Shown here: piece after piece, positions 39,624 through 51,503 of the stretch
Numbering within the stretch: position 1 is the first letter of the stretch
How the letters are laid out: each line of letters opens with the position of its first letter
NCBI GenBank assembly: GCA_038230375.1
Contig: JBBRNJ010000001.1
Span: 96,001-160,000, forward strand
Reading direction: 5' to 3'
DNA from: Polyangiales bacterium
GTDB lineage: Bacteria > Myxococcota_A > Polyangia > Polyangiales > Polyangiaceae
DNA: 64,000 nucleotides
The notes under the pieces: generated by a model
Databases searched by the model: none
What the model saw: only the letters and a program-made list of their open reading frames with translations
Told to the model about the DNA's origin: nothing
Program-made: the position numbers and the translations under genes

Positions 39624-42059
39624 TCACGGTCGCTTGCCCAGAGGCCTCTGGAGCGCAGCAGGAGGCTTGCCCTTCGTCTTCGGCTTGCCGGCAAGCACAC
39701 GCAGCGCGTCGCTCGTGAGCGGTGGCTCTTTCACGAAGATGATGAGGGCGCTCACGAGCAGATCGAGGTGATACAGCGACGGCTTGGTCGGTGTAAAGTG
39801 CAGGTTAAAGGTGAAGCCAGAGAGGACGTCCGGGGTGAGGTCCTTCGTCTTGCCCAGATAGTGCTCCTCGTCACGCATGCCCGCAGTGTCCACGGCCTCC
39901 TTCGCGAGCTTCTGCGCGGTCGCCTTGTCCTTGCGCTGCACTGCGAGCCAGATCAACCAGCGGCGCGCTCGCTCGCGTGCGGTCTCGTTCTTGTGGGAGC
40001 CCGTCAGGATCTCGGCGAAGGCAAGCTCGCTCTCTTCACGCGGAACGAGGCCCACGTTGAGCGCGGCGACCTGGAGCGGCACGAATGGCCAGTTCTCGTC
40101 GGTCGCGTAGTCGGCGCGGGAGCTCATGGCGCGCCCCATGATCTGGCGTGCGAGATCTTCGCGGCCGCTCGCCGCGTTCGCCGCGGCCAGGTTCACGGCC
40201 GTGCGAATTCGCTCCTGCGCTGGCGCGGTCTCGAGCGCACCAGCATACTGCGATGCGACGCCGGCCCACTGCACGGCATCGCCGGACTGATACGCGGTGA
40301 CGGCGGAAGCATCGGCAGCGAGCACGCGTAGAAACGCCGCATCCGCCTGTGAGTGCTCGGCGACGGCAACGAGATCCTGCGCGCTGGGAAGCTTCTCCGG
40401 CGCGTTCCACTTGGCAGCGATGACCACGCGCTGCGCGAGCAGGTTCGTTTGCAGACGGTCATCCTCGGGGCCGTGAGGCCACGGAAACTCCACCGCCGCA
40501 AGGGCCGTCTCTCTGGTGGGCGTGAGCACGCCGAACGCACGTGCGACCGCCGCGGCCTCCACCGACGTGGGGTACTTCTTGCGGAGCGCCTCGGCCTCTG
40601 GCGCATGCACCGCGAACTGAGCTCGCACGTCGGAGTCAGCGCCGTTCATCACGTCCTGCACGACGCGGATGAGGAGCTCCACCACGTCTGCACGATCTGG
40701 CTGAAAAGCAGCCATTTCGGTGACCATACCGCGCATGCGCTGCATCTCCGCCGTGAACGCGGCAGGGCGATCCTTCTCGTCCACTGCGGCCAGCCGCGAC
40801 GCCAGATCCCAGACCAGCACCTGACCACGAAGACCCACGTCGGCGTCGTAGAAGTCACGGTCCTTGTTCCTGGTCCGCTTCTGGGCTTCCTGCATGAGCC
40901 CAGCGGCGAGACGCACTGACTTGTCCGTTGCCCCGTCCTTCGCGACGACGAGCCGCGCGCGAAGAGCGAGCGGCCGCGCGTCGTCGGGCGCATCGACGGA
41001 GAGCTGCGCGAGCTCCGACTCTGCGCGGTCGTAGAGAGCAAGCCCCAGCAGCCCCTTCGCGTGCGCGACACGCGAGTCCACGTCCTTCTTTCCTTCGAAC
41101 GTGGTCACCAGCTCCACCAGGGTGGCGCGCTCGTCCAAGGTGGCCAGCTGCGCATCCACCACGCGCTGGCGCATGTCCCCGTAGCGCGGATCGGGCAGGT
41201 CACGCGCCGCGCGCGCCTTGGCAAGGTACGTGCGCGCGCACGCGAGCTCCATGTGGTTCAGGCAGAGCGCCGCGGGTGCCACGTAGTCCGATGCAGCCAC
41301 CGCCGCTCCGCGACGCTTGAGCGCCTCCTCGTGCAGCGCCAGGATCCGGGGAAACGGCGCGGGGGCACGCGGGGGATCAGTTCGCGCGTTGTCCAGGTCA
41401 CCCGCGGCGATCTTCAACGCCTCGGCGATCACCAGATCGTCTCCCAGGCGCAGGGCCCGCGCCGTCATCATCATTCCCAGCTTCGCGCCGTCCTTCGCGG
41501 CGGCAGCAAACAGCCGCGCGAGCCCGTTGCGCTGCATCTGCGCTTCCATCTGCGGGCGCAGGATCTCCGGCATGTGAGTCATGTACGTGGCCGCGCCCTG
41601 GATGAGCCCGTAGTAAAACGTGAGCTCCACCGCGGCACGCCCGGCATCCGCCTTCTTCGCGTCGTCCATCGCGATGGGTTCCAGCCCAATGATCGCCTCC
41701 AGCGCTGCGCGTGTGACCGCGTCGTCCAGATTGATGTCGCCCTTCAGGCTCGATGCCTTCGCGAAATCGTCGTGACGTGACGTCGCGAGCCGGAGCTTCT
41801 CTTCCTGGGTCGCGCGCGTGCCCATCGGTCCATCGTCCAGCTCCTTGCGGAGTGCGTCGGGCATGAGCGGCGCAAGCAAGGAGACCGCGCCCGGATCGAT
41901 CTCCTTCGCCACCGCAAGCACGTCCACCCTGTCATCCGTCGCAGGCGTGGGGAGACCAGTGGCTGGACGTACCGCCGGCTTGTCGGGCGGACCACAAGCT
42001 GCCAGAGCGAGGAGAGCCAGGACCGATGTGCTGGCGAAGACGTACGTGCGAAGCTTCAC
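39624..42059 (-). CDS. Large alpha-helical/TPR-like lipoprotein
   Basis: GTG overlapping the upstream stop; lipobox LAAC; long Ala-rich helical repeats. Confidence 0.7.
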   Translation of the reverse strand: MKLRTYVFASTSVLALLALAACGPPDKPAVRPATGLPTPATDDRVDVLAVAKEIDPGAVSLLAPLMPDALRKELDDGPMGTRATQEEKLRLATSRHDDFAKASSLKGDINLDDAVTRAALEAIIGLEPIAMDDAKKADAGRAAVELTFYYGLIQGAATYMTHMPEILRPQMEAQMQRNGLARLFAAAAKDGAKLGMMMTARALRLGDDLVIAEALKIAAGDLDNARTDPPRAPAPFPRILALHEEALKRRGAAVAASDYVAPAALCLNHMELACARTYLAKARAARDLPDPRYGDMRQRVVDAQLATLDERATLVELVTTFEGKKDVDSRVAHAKGLLGLALYDRAESELAQLSVDAPDDARPLALRARLVVAKDGATDKSVRLAAGLMQEAQKRTRNKDRDFYDADVGLRGQVLVWDLASRLAAVDEKDRPAAFTAEMQRMRGMVTEMAAFQPDRADVVELLIRVVQDVMNGADSDVRAQFAVHAPEAEALRKKYPTSVEAAAVARAFGVLTPTRETALAAVEFPWPHGPEDDRLQTNLLAQRVVIAAKWNAPEKLPSAQDLVAVAEHSQADAAFLRVLAADASAVTAYQSGDAVQWAGVASQYAGALETAPAQERIRTAVNLAAANAASGREDLARQIMGRAMSSRADYATDENWPFVPLQVAALNVGLVPREESELAFAEILTGSHKNETARERARRWLIWLAVQRKDKATAQKLAKEAVDTAGMRDEEHYLGKTKDLTPDVLSGFTFNLHFTPTKPSLYHLDLLVSALIIFVKEPPLTSDALRVLAGKPKTKGKPPAALQRPLGKRP

Positions 42060-43213
42060 TTGGGCTTGGGTATCCGCTCGATCTTGGTGCCGGAAGACGA
42101 GCTTGCCTCCGTCACATAGACGTTGTCGGCGTCGAAGTGAATCTGGTCTGGCGTGTTGAGGCCGCACAGGATCGTCTCCACGGTGCCGCTGCCATCAAGC
42201 TTCTTCCGGCGCAGCTCCGCGACGTAGGAGCCCTTGCCCTGCTGCAGCGTGACCGCGTACCAGTAGGCAAATCCGCTGTCGATCGCGAGCGCGTGCGGCG
42301 TGGCCTGGTCGGCGGCGAACGTGGTGATGGCGCCACCAGGAGCGATCTGCTGGATGGCGTTCTGGTCTGCGGACGTGATGTAGACCGTGTCGTTCGATTC
42401 TGCGTACGCTTCGTTGTTGAGCGCCTGCCCCTCGATGAGCTTCTTCGGCGGCGTGTCGCACGGCGCGGTCTGACTGCACGCGTAGAGTGACTTCTTGGAG
42501 CCCGCCAGGTCCGAGGCGGCCATGAAGAAGACGCGCGAGGTGCCCATCACCATCGAGTAGGTGGTGAAGAAGCCGCTGCCCCAGAGCACCGGGCTCACGC
42601 ACGTAGGAAGCGTGCACTTGAGGAGCGTCGCAGCGCCCGGCACATTGGTGAAGTCGTTGTTCGGGTCGTCCGTGAAGAAGACCTGGCTCTCGTCCGCGGT
42701 CTCGCGAAGGTAGTTGGGATAGTTGAGCGTGCCGTTCACAGTCGTCTTCGCACCCGCGTCAGCAACCCACGCGATGCTCGTGATGGCGCCGTTCTTCGCG
42801 GGTCCCGCGTCGCCTTTGTCGCCGACGTCGGACCAGTAGATGTGCTTCGGCGTGATGTCCTCCGTCCACAGCGCGGGATCCGCAAGGACGTAGGGCGTGA
42901 TCGCGACGCAGCTCGACGGGTCGCACGACGCGACACTGGTGGAGCTGTTTGCGCTGCTGTACGTCTCGAAGAACAAGCGCCCACCTTGAACGAACACGCC
43001 GTAGAGCGTGTCTGTGGTGGAGTAGACGAGCGTGGGCTTCAGGCTGCACGCGCCGGAGTCTGAGGCGCCGTCCAGGTTTGCAGGGCCGTCGCTCGCACCG
43101 TCTGCGGCGCCAGGGACGTAGGTGAAGTCGTCGATGCCTGCGATCCCGCGGCACGACACGAGCACGCACAGCCCGGCCACGGCGACAGCACCAGCGACGC
43201 GCCGGCGATTCAA
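42056..43213 (-). CDS. Beta-propeller lipoprotein with Cys-containing loops
   Basis: TTG overlapping the upstream stop; LVSC lipobox; IYWSD/VFFTD/AYW blades, C..P.C loops. Confidence 0.7.
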   Translation of the reverse strand: MNRRRVAGAVAVAGLCVLVSCRGIAGIDDFTYVPGAADGASDGPANLDGASDSGACSLKPTLVYSTTDTLYGVFVQGGRLFFETYSSANSSTSVASCDPSSCVAITPYVLADPALWTEDITPKHIYWSDVGDKGDAGPAKNGAITSIAWVADAGAKTTVNGTLNYPNYLRETADESQVFFTDDPNNDFTNVPGAATLLKCTLPTCVSPVLWGSGFFTTYSMVMGTSRVFFMAASDLAGSKKSLYACSQTAPCDTPPKKLIEGQALNNEAYAESNDTVYITSADQNAIQQIAPGGAITTFAADQATPHALAIDSGFAYWYAVTLQQGKGSYVAELRRKKLDGSGTVETILCGLNTPDQIHFDADNVYVTEASSSSGTKIERIPKPK

Positions 43214-44221
43214 AACGCGCCCCCGATGCCTGCGGAGCCCGACTGCGGGCCGATGCCGAGCACGGGATGGAGCGTGGTCTGCCCTGTCTTCGCGCTCGCG
43301 GACGGTGAAGTGAGGACGAAGATGACGCCAGCAACGAGCGCCACGCCGCCGAGCGACATGGTGACGGTGGAGATGTCCGCGAACGTTCCGGCGGTGTGAT
43401 TGTTGTCCACGGCAGAACGGTCGCTGCACTGCGCCGTGGGGCAGTGGCTCTTCGCATCCGAGCCCTTGGAGATCGCGAGGGCACCGAAGATGCCGCCGAC
43501 CGCGAGCGAGCCGAGGCCCACGCCGCCCACGACGTAGCCCGTGGTGCGCAGGAGGCTTGGCTTTTCGTTGCCCTGCGTCTGTTCGGGCTTGTTCGGCTGG
43601 TCCGGGGGCGCAATGTACTCGTCCTCGAGCACGGGGATCTTCACCACCTGCGAGGACGCTGTGTGGTCGACGGTGAAGTCAGTCTCGAACGGCTTCTTGT
43701 GCGACGCCGTGACGACCACCTTGTGCACGCCCGGATCGATGGGCGCGTTCTCCCATGCTGCGCTGCCGACGGCGCCGTCGTCCTGCTTCACCTCGAGCCC
43801 GGCCAGGGCGCGCGTCTCCGGTGACAGCTCCAGCGTGACATGCGCGAGCTTCTTTTCGAGCTCGGCAGCGCGCTGCGCCGCGGCCTTCTCTCGATCCTTG
43901 CGTCCGTCGCGCCGCGCGAGCGTGGCCGCAGTGAGGTACGCGCTCCATGCGCTGGCGGTCTTTCCGAGCCCCGCGTAGCAGACGCCAAGAGCGAGGGCGG
44001 AGCCGCTGGACGCATCTTGTCGCAGGCTCTCCGCGAACTTCGGGCACGCGCGCGCGAAGTCCTTCTTGTCCATGAACGACTTACCTTCGCGGAAGAGGCT
44101 CTCCGCGAGGGCCGTGTTGCCCTCTGCATGCGCCACGCGCGGCATCAGCGTGCCGTGGCCGACGATCGCAAGACACACCGCGAGCAGACAGGTGCGGGGC
44201 CGAAGAGCGGAGCGCGCGGTG

Positions 44222-45979
<1,758 letters not shown>

Positions 45980-46085
45980 ATGCTAGCAGTGCGTGGACGC
46001 CACCGAAAGATGTGGCACCACCAGCGCAAGGCACGCTGGTGTAGGGGGCCTGTCTCTGGACGCGCGCTTCAAGTGCGGTGCGCGC

Positions 46086-47372
46086 TCAGGCGGGCTTCTC
46101 GAGCACGAGGCAGGCGTTGTGGCCGCCGAACGCGAACGAGTTGGACATGGCAGCGCGCAGCTCCGTCTTGCGTGCGGTGTTGGGCACGTAGTCGAGCGGA
46201 CACGCAGGATCCGGCGTGGTGAGGTTCAGCGTGGGCGGGACAATGCCATGCTCGATCGCGAGCGCCGTTGCGATCACCTCCATCGCACCGGACGCGGCGA
46301 TCGCGTGCCCCGTGTGCGCTTTGATGGAGCTCACGAGCAAGCCGCGCTGCGCGTGCTCGAAGACCTTCACGATGCAGGCGGACTCGACCGAGTCGTTCCA
46401 CTTGGTGGCCGTGCCGTGCGCATTCACGTACCCCACGTCCGCGGGCTTGACGTTCGCCGAGGCGAGCGCGTTGCGCATCGCGCGCTCGATCTGCTTTCCG
46501 TCGGGGTCGAGCGGCACCATGCCGTAGGCGTCGCACGAGGTGCCATAACCGGAGAGGATCGCGTAGGGCTCCGCGCCACGCGCCCGTGCGGTCTCTTCGC
46601 GTTCGAGCACCAGCATGCCGGCGCCTTCACCAAGGACGAAGCCATCGCGATTGAGATCGAACGGACGACACGCGTGCGCCGGGTCGTCATTGCGACTGGA
46701 CATGACGCGGAGCAGATCGAAGCCGAGGAATCCGAAGAGCTCCGGATCGCTCAGGGGCGCCTCTGCGCCGCCGCAGATCGCCACGTCTGCCTCGCCGTCG
46801 CGGATCAAGCGGAATGCGTCGCCGATGGCCATGGTGCCCGCGGAGCATGCCGTGGAGATGGACTTGCACTCGCCCTTTGCGCCCGCCCAGATGGCGACGT
46901 TGGCGGCGATGGCGTTCGGGATGAGCATGGGCAGCGTGAAGCGGTGACAGTCGCTTCGCTTGTGCTCCTTCACCCACGCAGCACAGTTGGCGACAGCGGT
47001 GGGGAAGCCACCTTCGCCAGTGCCGACCACCACGGCGACGCGCTCAGGGTCCACGGCGGTGAGCTCCACGTGCGAGAGCGGGCCGTCCTTCTTCGGTGCG
47101 AGCCCGGCGTCCACCAGCGCCTCCATCGCGGCGGAGATGGCGAACTGCACGACGCGATCGGTGACGCGGCGCTCCTTCGGCGGGAGGATGTTCTCGTCGA
47201 AGGCGGTGACCTTGGCGCCGATGCGGCTGTAGAAGCGCTCTTCGCGCACGAGCTCGTGCTGGAGGGCGGCGACGCCGGTGCGACCTTCGATGAGCGAGGC
47301 CCAGAAGTCTTCGCGGCGGGTCCCGATGGAGGAGACCGTACCGACGCCCGTGATCCAAACGCGAGAGCCCAT
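46086..47372 (-). CDS. fabF: Beta-ketoacyl-ACP synthase II family
   Basis: ITGVG, STACSAG (Cys), RPFD..RDGFVLGEGAG, NAHGT, GHAIAASG, SNSFAFGGHN. Confidence 0.9.
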   Translation of the reverse strand: MGSRVWITGVGTVSSIGTRREDFWASLIEGRTGVAALQHELVREERFYSRIGAKVTAFDENILPPKERRVTDRVVQFAISAAMEALVDAGLAPKKDGPLSHVELTAVDPERVAVVVGTGEGGFPTAVANCAAWVKEHKRSDCHRFTLPMLIPNAIAANVAIWAGAKGECKSISTACSAGTMAIGDAFRLIRDGEADVAICGGAEAPLSDPELFGFLGFDLLRVMSSRNDDPAHACRPFDLNRDGFVLGEGAGMLVLEREETARARGAEPYAILSGYGTSCDAYGMVPLDPDGKQIERAMRNALASANVKPADVGYVNAHGTATKWNDSVESACIVKVFEHAQRGLLVSSIKAHTGHAIAASGAMEVIATALAIEHGIVPPTLNLTTPDPACPLDYVPNTARKTELRAAMSNSFAFGGHNACLVLEKPA

Positions 47373-47409
47373 GATGGGGGGGACCTTAGCCGAAAAACCC
47401 GCCCGACAA

Positions 47410-48156
47410 CTACGTCAAAGGGCCACAGGCGCCGCGCAGGTCGACCGCGCAGGTGAGCACGGCATTGGCCTGGCAGCTGGTGTCGCAGGCGCGCTCTTCG
47501 TCGTCGCACTCGGAGATCGGCGGGCAGGTCTCCCAGCCCTCGAGCTCGCACTGGCGCGCGCAGGAGGTTCGGCGAACCTTGCACGTGCCCACGCAGACGT
47601 CGATCGCGCGATGGTTCTGCCCTCGTTGCACGTCGTCCGCCGCGGTCGAGGTGGTCTGCTGGGCGCCGGCAAGGAGGCTGCCGTCGAGATCGGAGCGGGT
47701 CACGCATGCGGACGCGACACCCTGCGCGCAGCCCATCTCCAGCATGTGGTCGATGTCCGCGCGCGCGGCCGCCTCCCCCTTCTTCTCGTGCGCCATCTCG
47801 GACCTGAGCAGGATCTTACAAGCGGCCGCGGACCCCAGCGCGCAGCCGTGCGTGATGAGCGGTCGGCCGGCGATCGGATCGTGCGACTCGGCCTCGATGC
47901 ACGCGTCGACCCAGTGAGCGACCTCGCATGCGCGACCGAGGAGCCTGAATGCGCGCTGCGGATCGGTGGACTGCACGGCGTGCGCCTCCATCACCAGCGG
48001 CATCGGGTCCATCACGGGAGTGGACGCGGGCACTGTCATGCCGCCGTGTGGGACGAACCGCGGCGGGCCGCCGCACGCAACGAGCACCACGGAGAAGGTC
48101 ACGGTCCCGACGATGGTTGCACGATGCATGGACTCCGTTGTCTCCCGTCCATGCAA
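47410..48156 (-). CDS. Cys-rich lipoprotein with SEL1-like C..G...AC repeats
   Basis: LVAC lipobox; GCALGSAAAC, GCAQGVASAC; Cys-rich tail. Confidence 0.6.
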   Translation of the reverse strand: MHGRETTESMHRATIVGTVTFSVVLVACGGPPRFVPHGGMTVPASTPVMDPMPLVMEAHAVQSTDPQRAFRLLGRACEVAHWVDACIEAESHDPIAGRPLITHGCALGSAAACKILLRSEMAHEKKGEAAARADIDHMLEMGCAQGVASACVTRSDLDGSLLAGAQQTTSTAADDVQRGQNHRAIDVCVGTCKVRRTSCARQCELEGWETCPPISECDDEERACDTSCQANAVLTCAVDLRGACGPLT

Positions 48157-48188
48157 CGTGAAGAGACGGATCTATCTTCCGTGAACTT

Positions 48189-49388
48189 TCATTCAGGGGC
48201 CTCCGTGAAGGCTTTGATGGCCGCGCGGTCGGCGTCCGAGAGCACGTGACCCTGCGGCGGCATCTCCTTCTTCACGACGACGCGTTCATGAATGTTGGCC
48301 TTCTCCGCCCGCCAGCGGTCGAACGAGGAGAGGTTGACCCCCGACGAGCCCGACGGCAGGTGGCATGACGAACAGTTCCGCGCGAACACAGCCGACAGCG
48401 AATCGCGCCACGGATCGCTGGTCGGCGGCATGACGGCGCCGTTCGCCGATGCCGACGTAGCGGCCGAAGAGGAATAGCGAGTGAGCGCACCGCCGCCCAT
48501 CACCCACACGTCGCCGCGTGGCGAGGCCGAGAGCTCCGCGTCCCTGGGAATGTGGATGCCCGCCGTCTCGCGCACGTGCCCTTGGTCAACGATGCCGAGC
48601 TCCTCACCGTCGGCGAACCAGATGGTGTCGCCAGAGGCGGCAAGGCCGTGGAGCGTGTCGCCGTCTGCTGCGTAGAGCAGTGAGAGCGCGCCATCGGAGC
48701 CCATCGCGTACACGGCGTTGTTCGTGGTGACCACCACGTCCCCGCGCGGCGTGGACGCGACGTGGGTGACGCCAGGCAATGGATACTTGCGGCCTCCGTG
48801 GCTGGGCAGATCGAACAGGTACACGCCGCCGTCTTCCCTTCCCAGGAAGCCGGAGCCGTGAGGTGCGAGCTCCGTGAACCGCGGCGACAGGAACGACGTC
48901 ACGCGCCCGCCGTCGGCCAGGATGACGCCTTCGCGTGAAGCGAAGAGCACTGCGCCCGATGGCAGCCCCGTCACCACGGAGACTGGCTTTCCGCGCAGCC
49001 CGAAGAGATCCGACACGTCATCGAACGAGCGTTGCCCGCGGAGCACGTGCACGTCCCCCTTGCCGTCCACGCCCAGGATCTGAGGTTGCGCGCCAGGCGG
49101 CGCGAGAACGGCGGCGCTCTTCCAGCCGGTGACGGCCCGATCCGTCGCAACAGGTGTCTGCGACACGAGGACGGTGGCGCCGTCATCCGCGAAGACGCAG
49201 ACCACCTCGCCGGACTCCGCCACGGCGCGGACATGGCCGAGCGGCGCGCCGCCCGCGTTGAAGCTCACCTTGGTGACGGTGAGCTCGGAGACCGCCCCGC
49301 CCTTCTTCGAGTACGCGGCCGGCGCTCCGCACGCCACGAGAGCCGACGCGAGCACCAGCGCAACACAGACGTCATTCGTGCGGCTCAC
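48189..49388 (-). CDS. Lipoprotein: beta-propeller-like domain + C-terminal c-type cytochrome
   Basis: LVAC lipobox; CSSCH heme motif with distal MPP; LSDADRAAI helix. Confidence 0.8.
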   Translation of the reverse strand: MSRTNDVCVALVLASALVACGAPAAYSKKGGAVSELTVTKVSFNAGGAPLGHVRAVAESGEVVCVFADDGATVLVSQTPVATDRAVTGWKSAAVLAPPGAQPQILGVDGKGDVHVLRGQRSFDDVSDLFGLRGKPVSVVTGLPSGAVLFASREGVILADGGRVTSFLSPRFTELAPHGSGFLGREDGGVYLFDLPSHGGRKYPLPGVTHVASTPRGDVVVTTNNAVYAMGSDGALSLLYAADGDTLHGLAASGDTIWFADGEELGIVDQGHVRETAGIHIPRDAELSASPRGDVWVMGGGALTRYSSSAATSASANGAVMPPTSDPWRDSLSAVFARNCSSCHLPSGSSGVNLSSFDRWRAEKANIHERVVVKKEMPPQGHVLSDADRAAIKAFTEAPE

Positions 49389-50755
49389 GAGGCCAGGAGC
49401 TCCGGCACGACCTCGCCGTCGCGAAGGTAGACGCGCGGGTTCACACCAAACGCGTGCACGAACGTCGCGAGCAGATCGGGCGGGGAGATCGCGCGCTCAC
49501 CATCCGCGAACTTCTTTGCGGGCGCGGGCAGCAGCTGCTCGGTGTCTGTCTTGCCGAACGAGAAATTGCGCCGAAAACGCGGGGAAATGATGAGCGACGA
49601 GTTGTTCGGATAGTGGTCGCGCCCGCCGCCAAGGTTGATCTGCGGGGTCCTGCAGAAGTCACTCATGACCATGATGTGCGTGTGATCGGACAGCTTCTTG
49701 CCCGTCTTCGTGGGGTGCGGCGCCGCGTCCAGGAGCTTCAGCGTGTCGGCGATGAGCCCGAACGTCTCTTGCTGCAGCTGCGCCTGCGTGCGGTAGTTGT
49801 TGCCGTGCGTGTCGAAGCCGCTGATGGCGAAGCTCACGGAGCGGACCAGGTTCTTCTTCATGGCCTCCACCGCGAACGCAGCGTTGATCGCAGAGCCACC
49901 AGCGAAGCGCGCCTTGTAGTCGAGGTCAGGGTGGTTCTTCCTGAGCGCCTCGGCGCTGAAGACCTCCAGCAGGTTGCCACCGAGCATGCGCCGCAGCGCC
50001 TGGTACTGCAGGTCCATGCCGCGCATGGTGTCGGGGTAAGCCGAGCGCGACGCGAGATCGTTCGCCTCCTCGGAGAGCATGGCCGTGACGCGATCGCGGG
50101 TCTGCGCGGGCTCGAACATCTGCGCGCGCGTGAGCGTTCGACTGATGGTGCCCACGTCCGCGAGTATGAGCGGCACGACGCGCCGGTCCAGATTTTCACC
50201 CACGAACGACGACGGGAAGCGCACGGACACCGCTGGCAACAGCTGCTCCTTGCCCATCTCGTTCGCGACCATCGTGTCTATGCTGGACGCCGCGACACGA
50301 CCGCCTTGTAGATGACGGCCCGTGGCGGAGTACGCCTGGCCATCTGGATGCGCGACGGTGTTCATGGAGAGGCCGTTCACGAGCGTGAGTCGATCGCCCA
50401 TCTCCGCGAGCGCGCCGATGCCTGGACCGAAGACCAGCTTGTCGCCCTTTGCGCGCACCAGCTGGAAGCTCTTGCCGCCGTTCGCCAGCGGCGCGTCGAC
50501 CCACTTCTTCAGCGGCGCCGTGTCCGTGTTGTCCGTGGAGGCGGGGTTGATGATGCCCACGCTCTCGTTGCGCGGATCCGCCCAGAGGGTGACGTCCCAG
50601 CCGCCGGCCGCGATGATGAAGAGGAAGAACTCACCGTCGTTGCCGCCTGCGGAGAGCGCCGCGACGTCTGCCCATGCCCGCTTCGTGCGGCCAAGGGACG
50701 CAGTGGCGAGCGCCGTTGCGCCGAGGACCTTCAAGAATGTTCTGCGGGTGGTCAT
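49385..50755 (-). CDS. Tat-exported DUF1501-family protein
   Basis: TRRTFLK Tat motif; GGWD...DP, GFDTH, SDFCRTP, GRDH. Confidence 0.85.
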   Translation of the reverse strand: MTTRRTFLKVLGATALATASLGRTKRAWADVAALSAGGNDGEFFLFIIAAGGWDVTLWADPRNESVGIINPASTDNTDTAPLKKWVDAPLANGGKSFQLVRAKGDKLVFGPGIGALAEMGDRLTLVNGLSMNTVAHPDGQAYSATGRHLQGGRVAASSIDTMVANEMGKEQLLPAVSVRFPSSFVGENLDRRVVPLILADVGTISRTLTRAQMFEPAQTRDRVTAMLSEEANDLASRSAYPDTMRGMDLQYQALRRMLGGNLLEVFSAEALRKNHPDLDYKARFAGGSAINAAFAVEAMKKNLVRSVSFAISGFDTHGNNYRTQAQLQQETFGLIADTLKLLDAAPHPTKTGKKLSDHTHIMVMSDFCRTPQINLGGGRDHYPNNSSLIISPRFRRNFSFGKTDTEQLLPAPAKKFADGERAISPPDLLATFVHAFGVNPRVYLRDGEVVPELLAS

Positions 50756-50765
50756 GACATCCTCT

Positions 50766-51503
50766 TCAGTACAGGTGGAACTCTGGGTGACGTACCAGGG
50801 CGTAGCAAACGGCGGCCCAGCCTTCTTCCTCGGGCGCGAAGCGGAGCTTCTGTCCGGCCTTGAGGGCGTTCGCCTGCTCCTTCACGATATCCGTGTAGAG
50901 TGCATAGAATCGCTTCGAGCGACCGTCGGGGCCGAGGCGTGCTGGGTAGCCCAGGAAGGTCCGATGAAGCACGTCGTAGCGGGGCAGGAACTCCGGCTCG
51001 GGTAGCGTGCTGCCCTTCGGAACGTCGAACGCGAAGATCACGCGCGAGGCGACGGGCACTGGGATCTTGCTCTTCAGATCGTGCTCCACGGCGCGGTCGC
51101 AGAGCGCCACGCCCAGGCGCTCGAACGTGGCGACCATCAATGCGTTCGTCTGCGTCTGACGGGGGATGTCCACGTGGTAGTCCGGAAATCCGAGCGACGC
51201 GATGTAGTCGTTCCACGAGTCGAAGACGTTGGCACCATCACCGCCGCGCGCCTTCTTCTGCGCGTCCAGCGGGGACAGTCCGCCGAAGAGCGTGAGGTAC
51301 GTGCGCATGTACACCTCTGGAGGGACCATGCGCGGCGGCTCCTTGTGGGACGTGTCCTGGAGCACGGTGTCCTGCGGAACCAGATCCGCCGCCTGCGCAG
51401 CCTGCACCTTCAGCGGGAGCTCCCTGCCGCAGCCGCCAACAACAACGGAGAGCGTGGAGGCAACCACGAACGCGAGCGGCGAGACCCTGGACGCGCGGCT
51501 CAA
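50766..51503 (-). CDS. Hypothetical lipoprotein of the DUF1501 module
   Basis: TTG overlapping the upstream stop; GGC lipobox-like; FLG.P, W.AVC.AL..HPEF.LY C-terminus. Confidence 0.7.
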   Translation of the reverse strand: MSRASRVSPLAFVVASTLSVVVGGCGRELPLKVQAAQAADLVPQDTVLQDTSHKEPPRMVPPEVYMRTYLTLFGGLSPLDAQKKARGGDGANVFDSWNDYIASLGFPDYHVDIPRQTQTNALMVATFERLGVALCDRAVEHDLKSKIPVPVASRVIFAFDVPKGSTLPEPEFLPRYDVLHRTFLGYPARLGPDGRSKRFYALYTDIVKEQANALKAGQKLRFAPEEEGWAAVCYALVRHPEFHLY

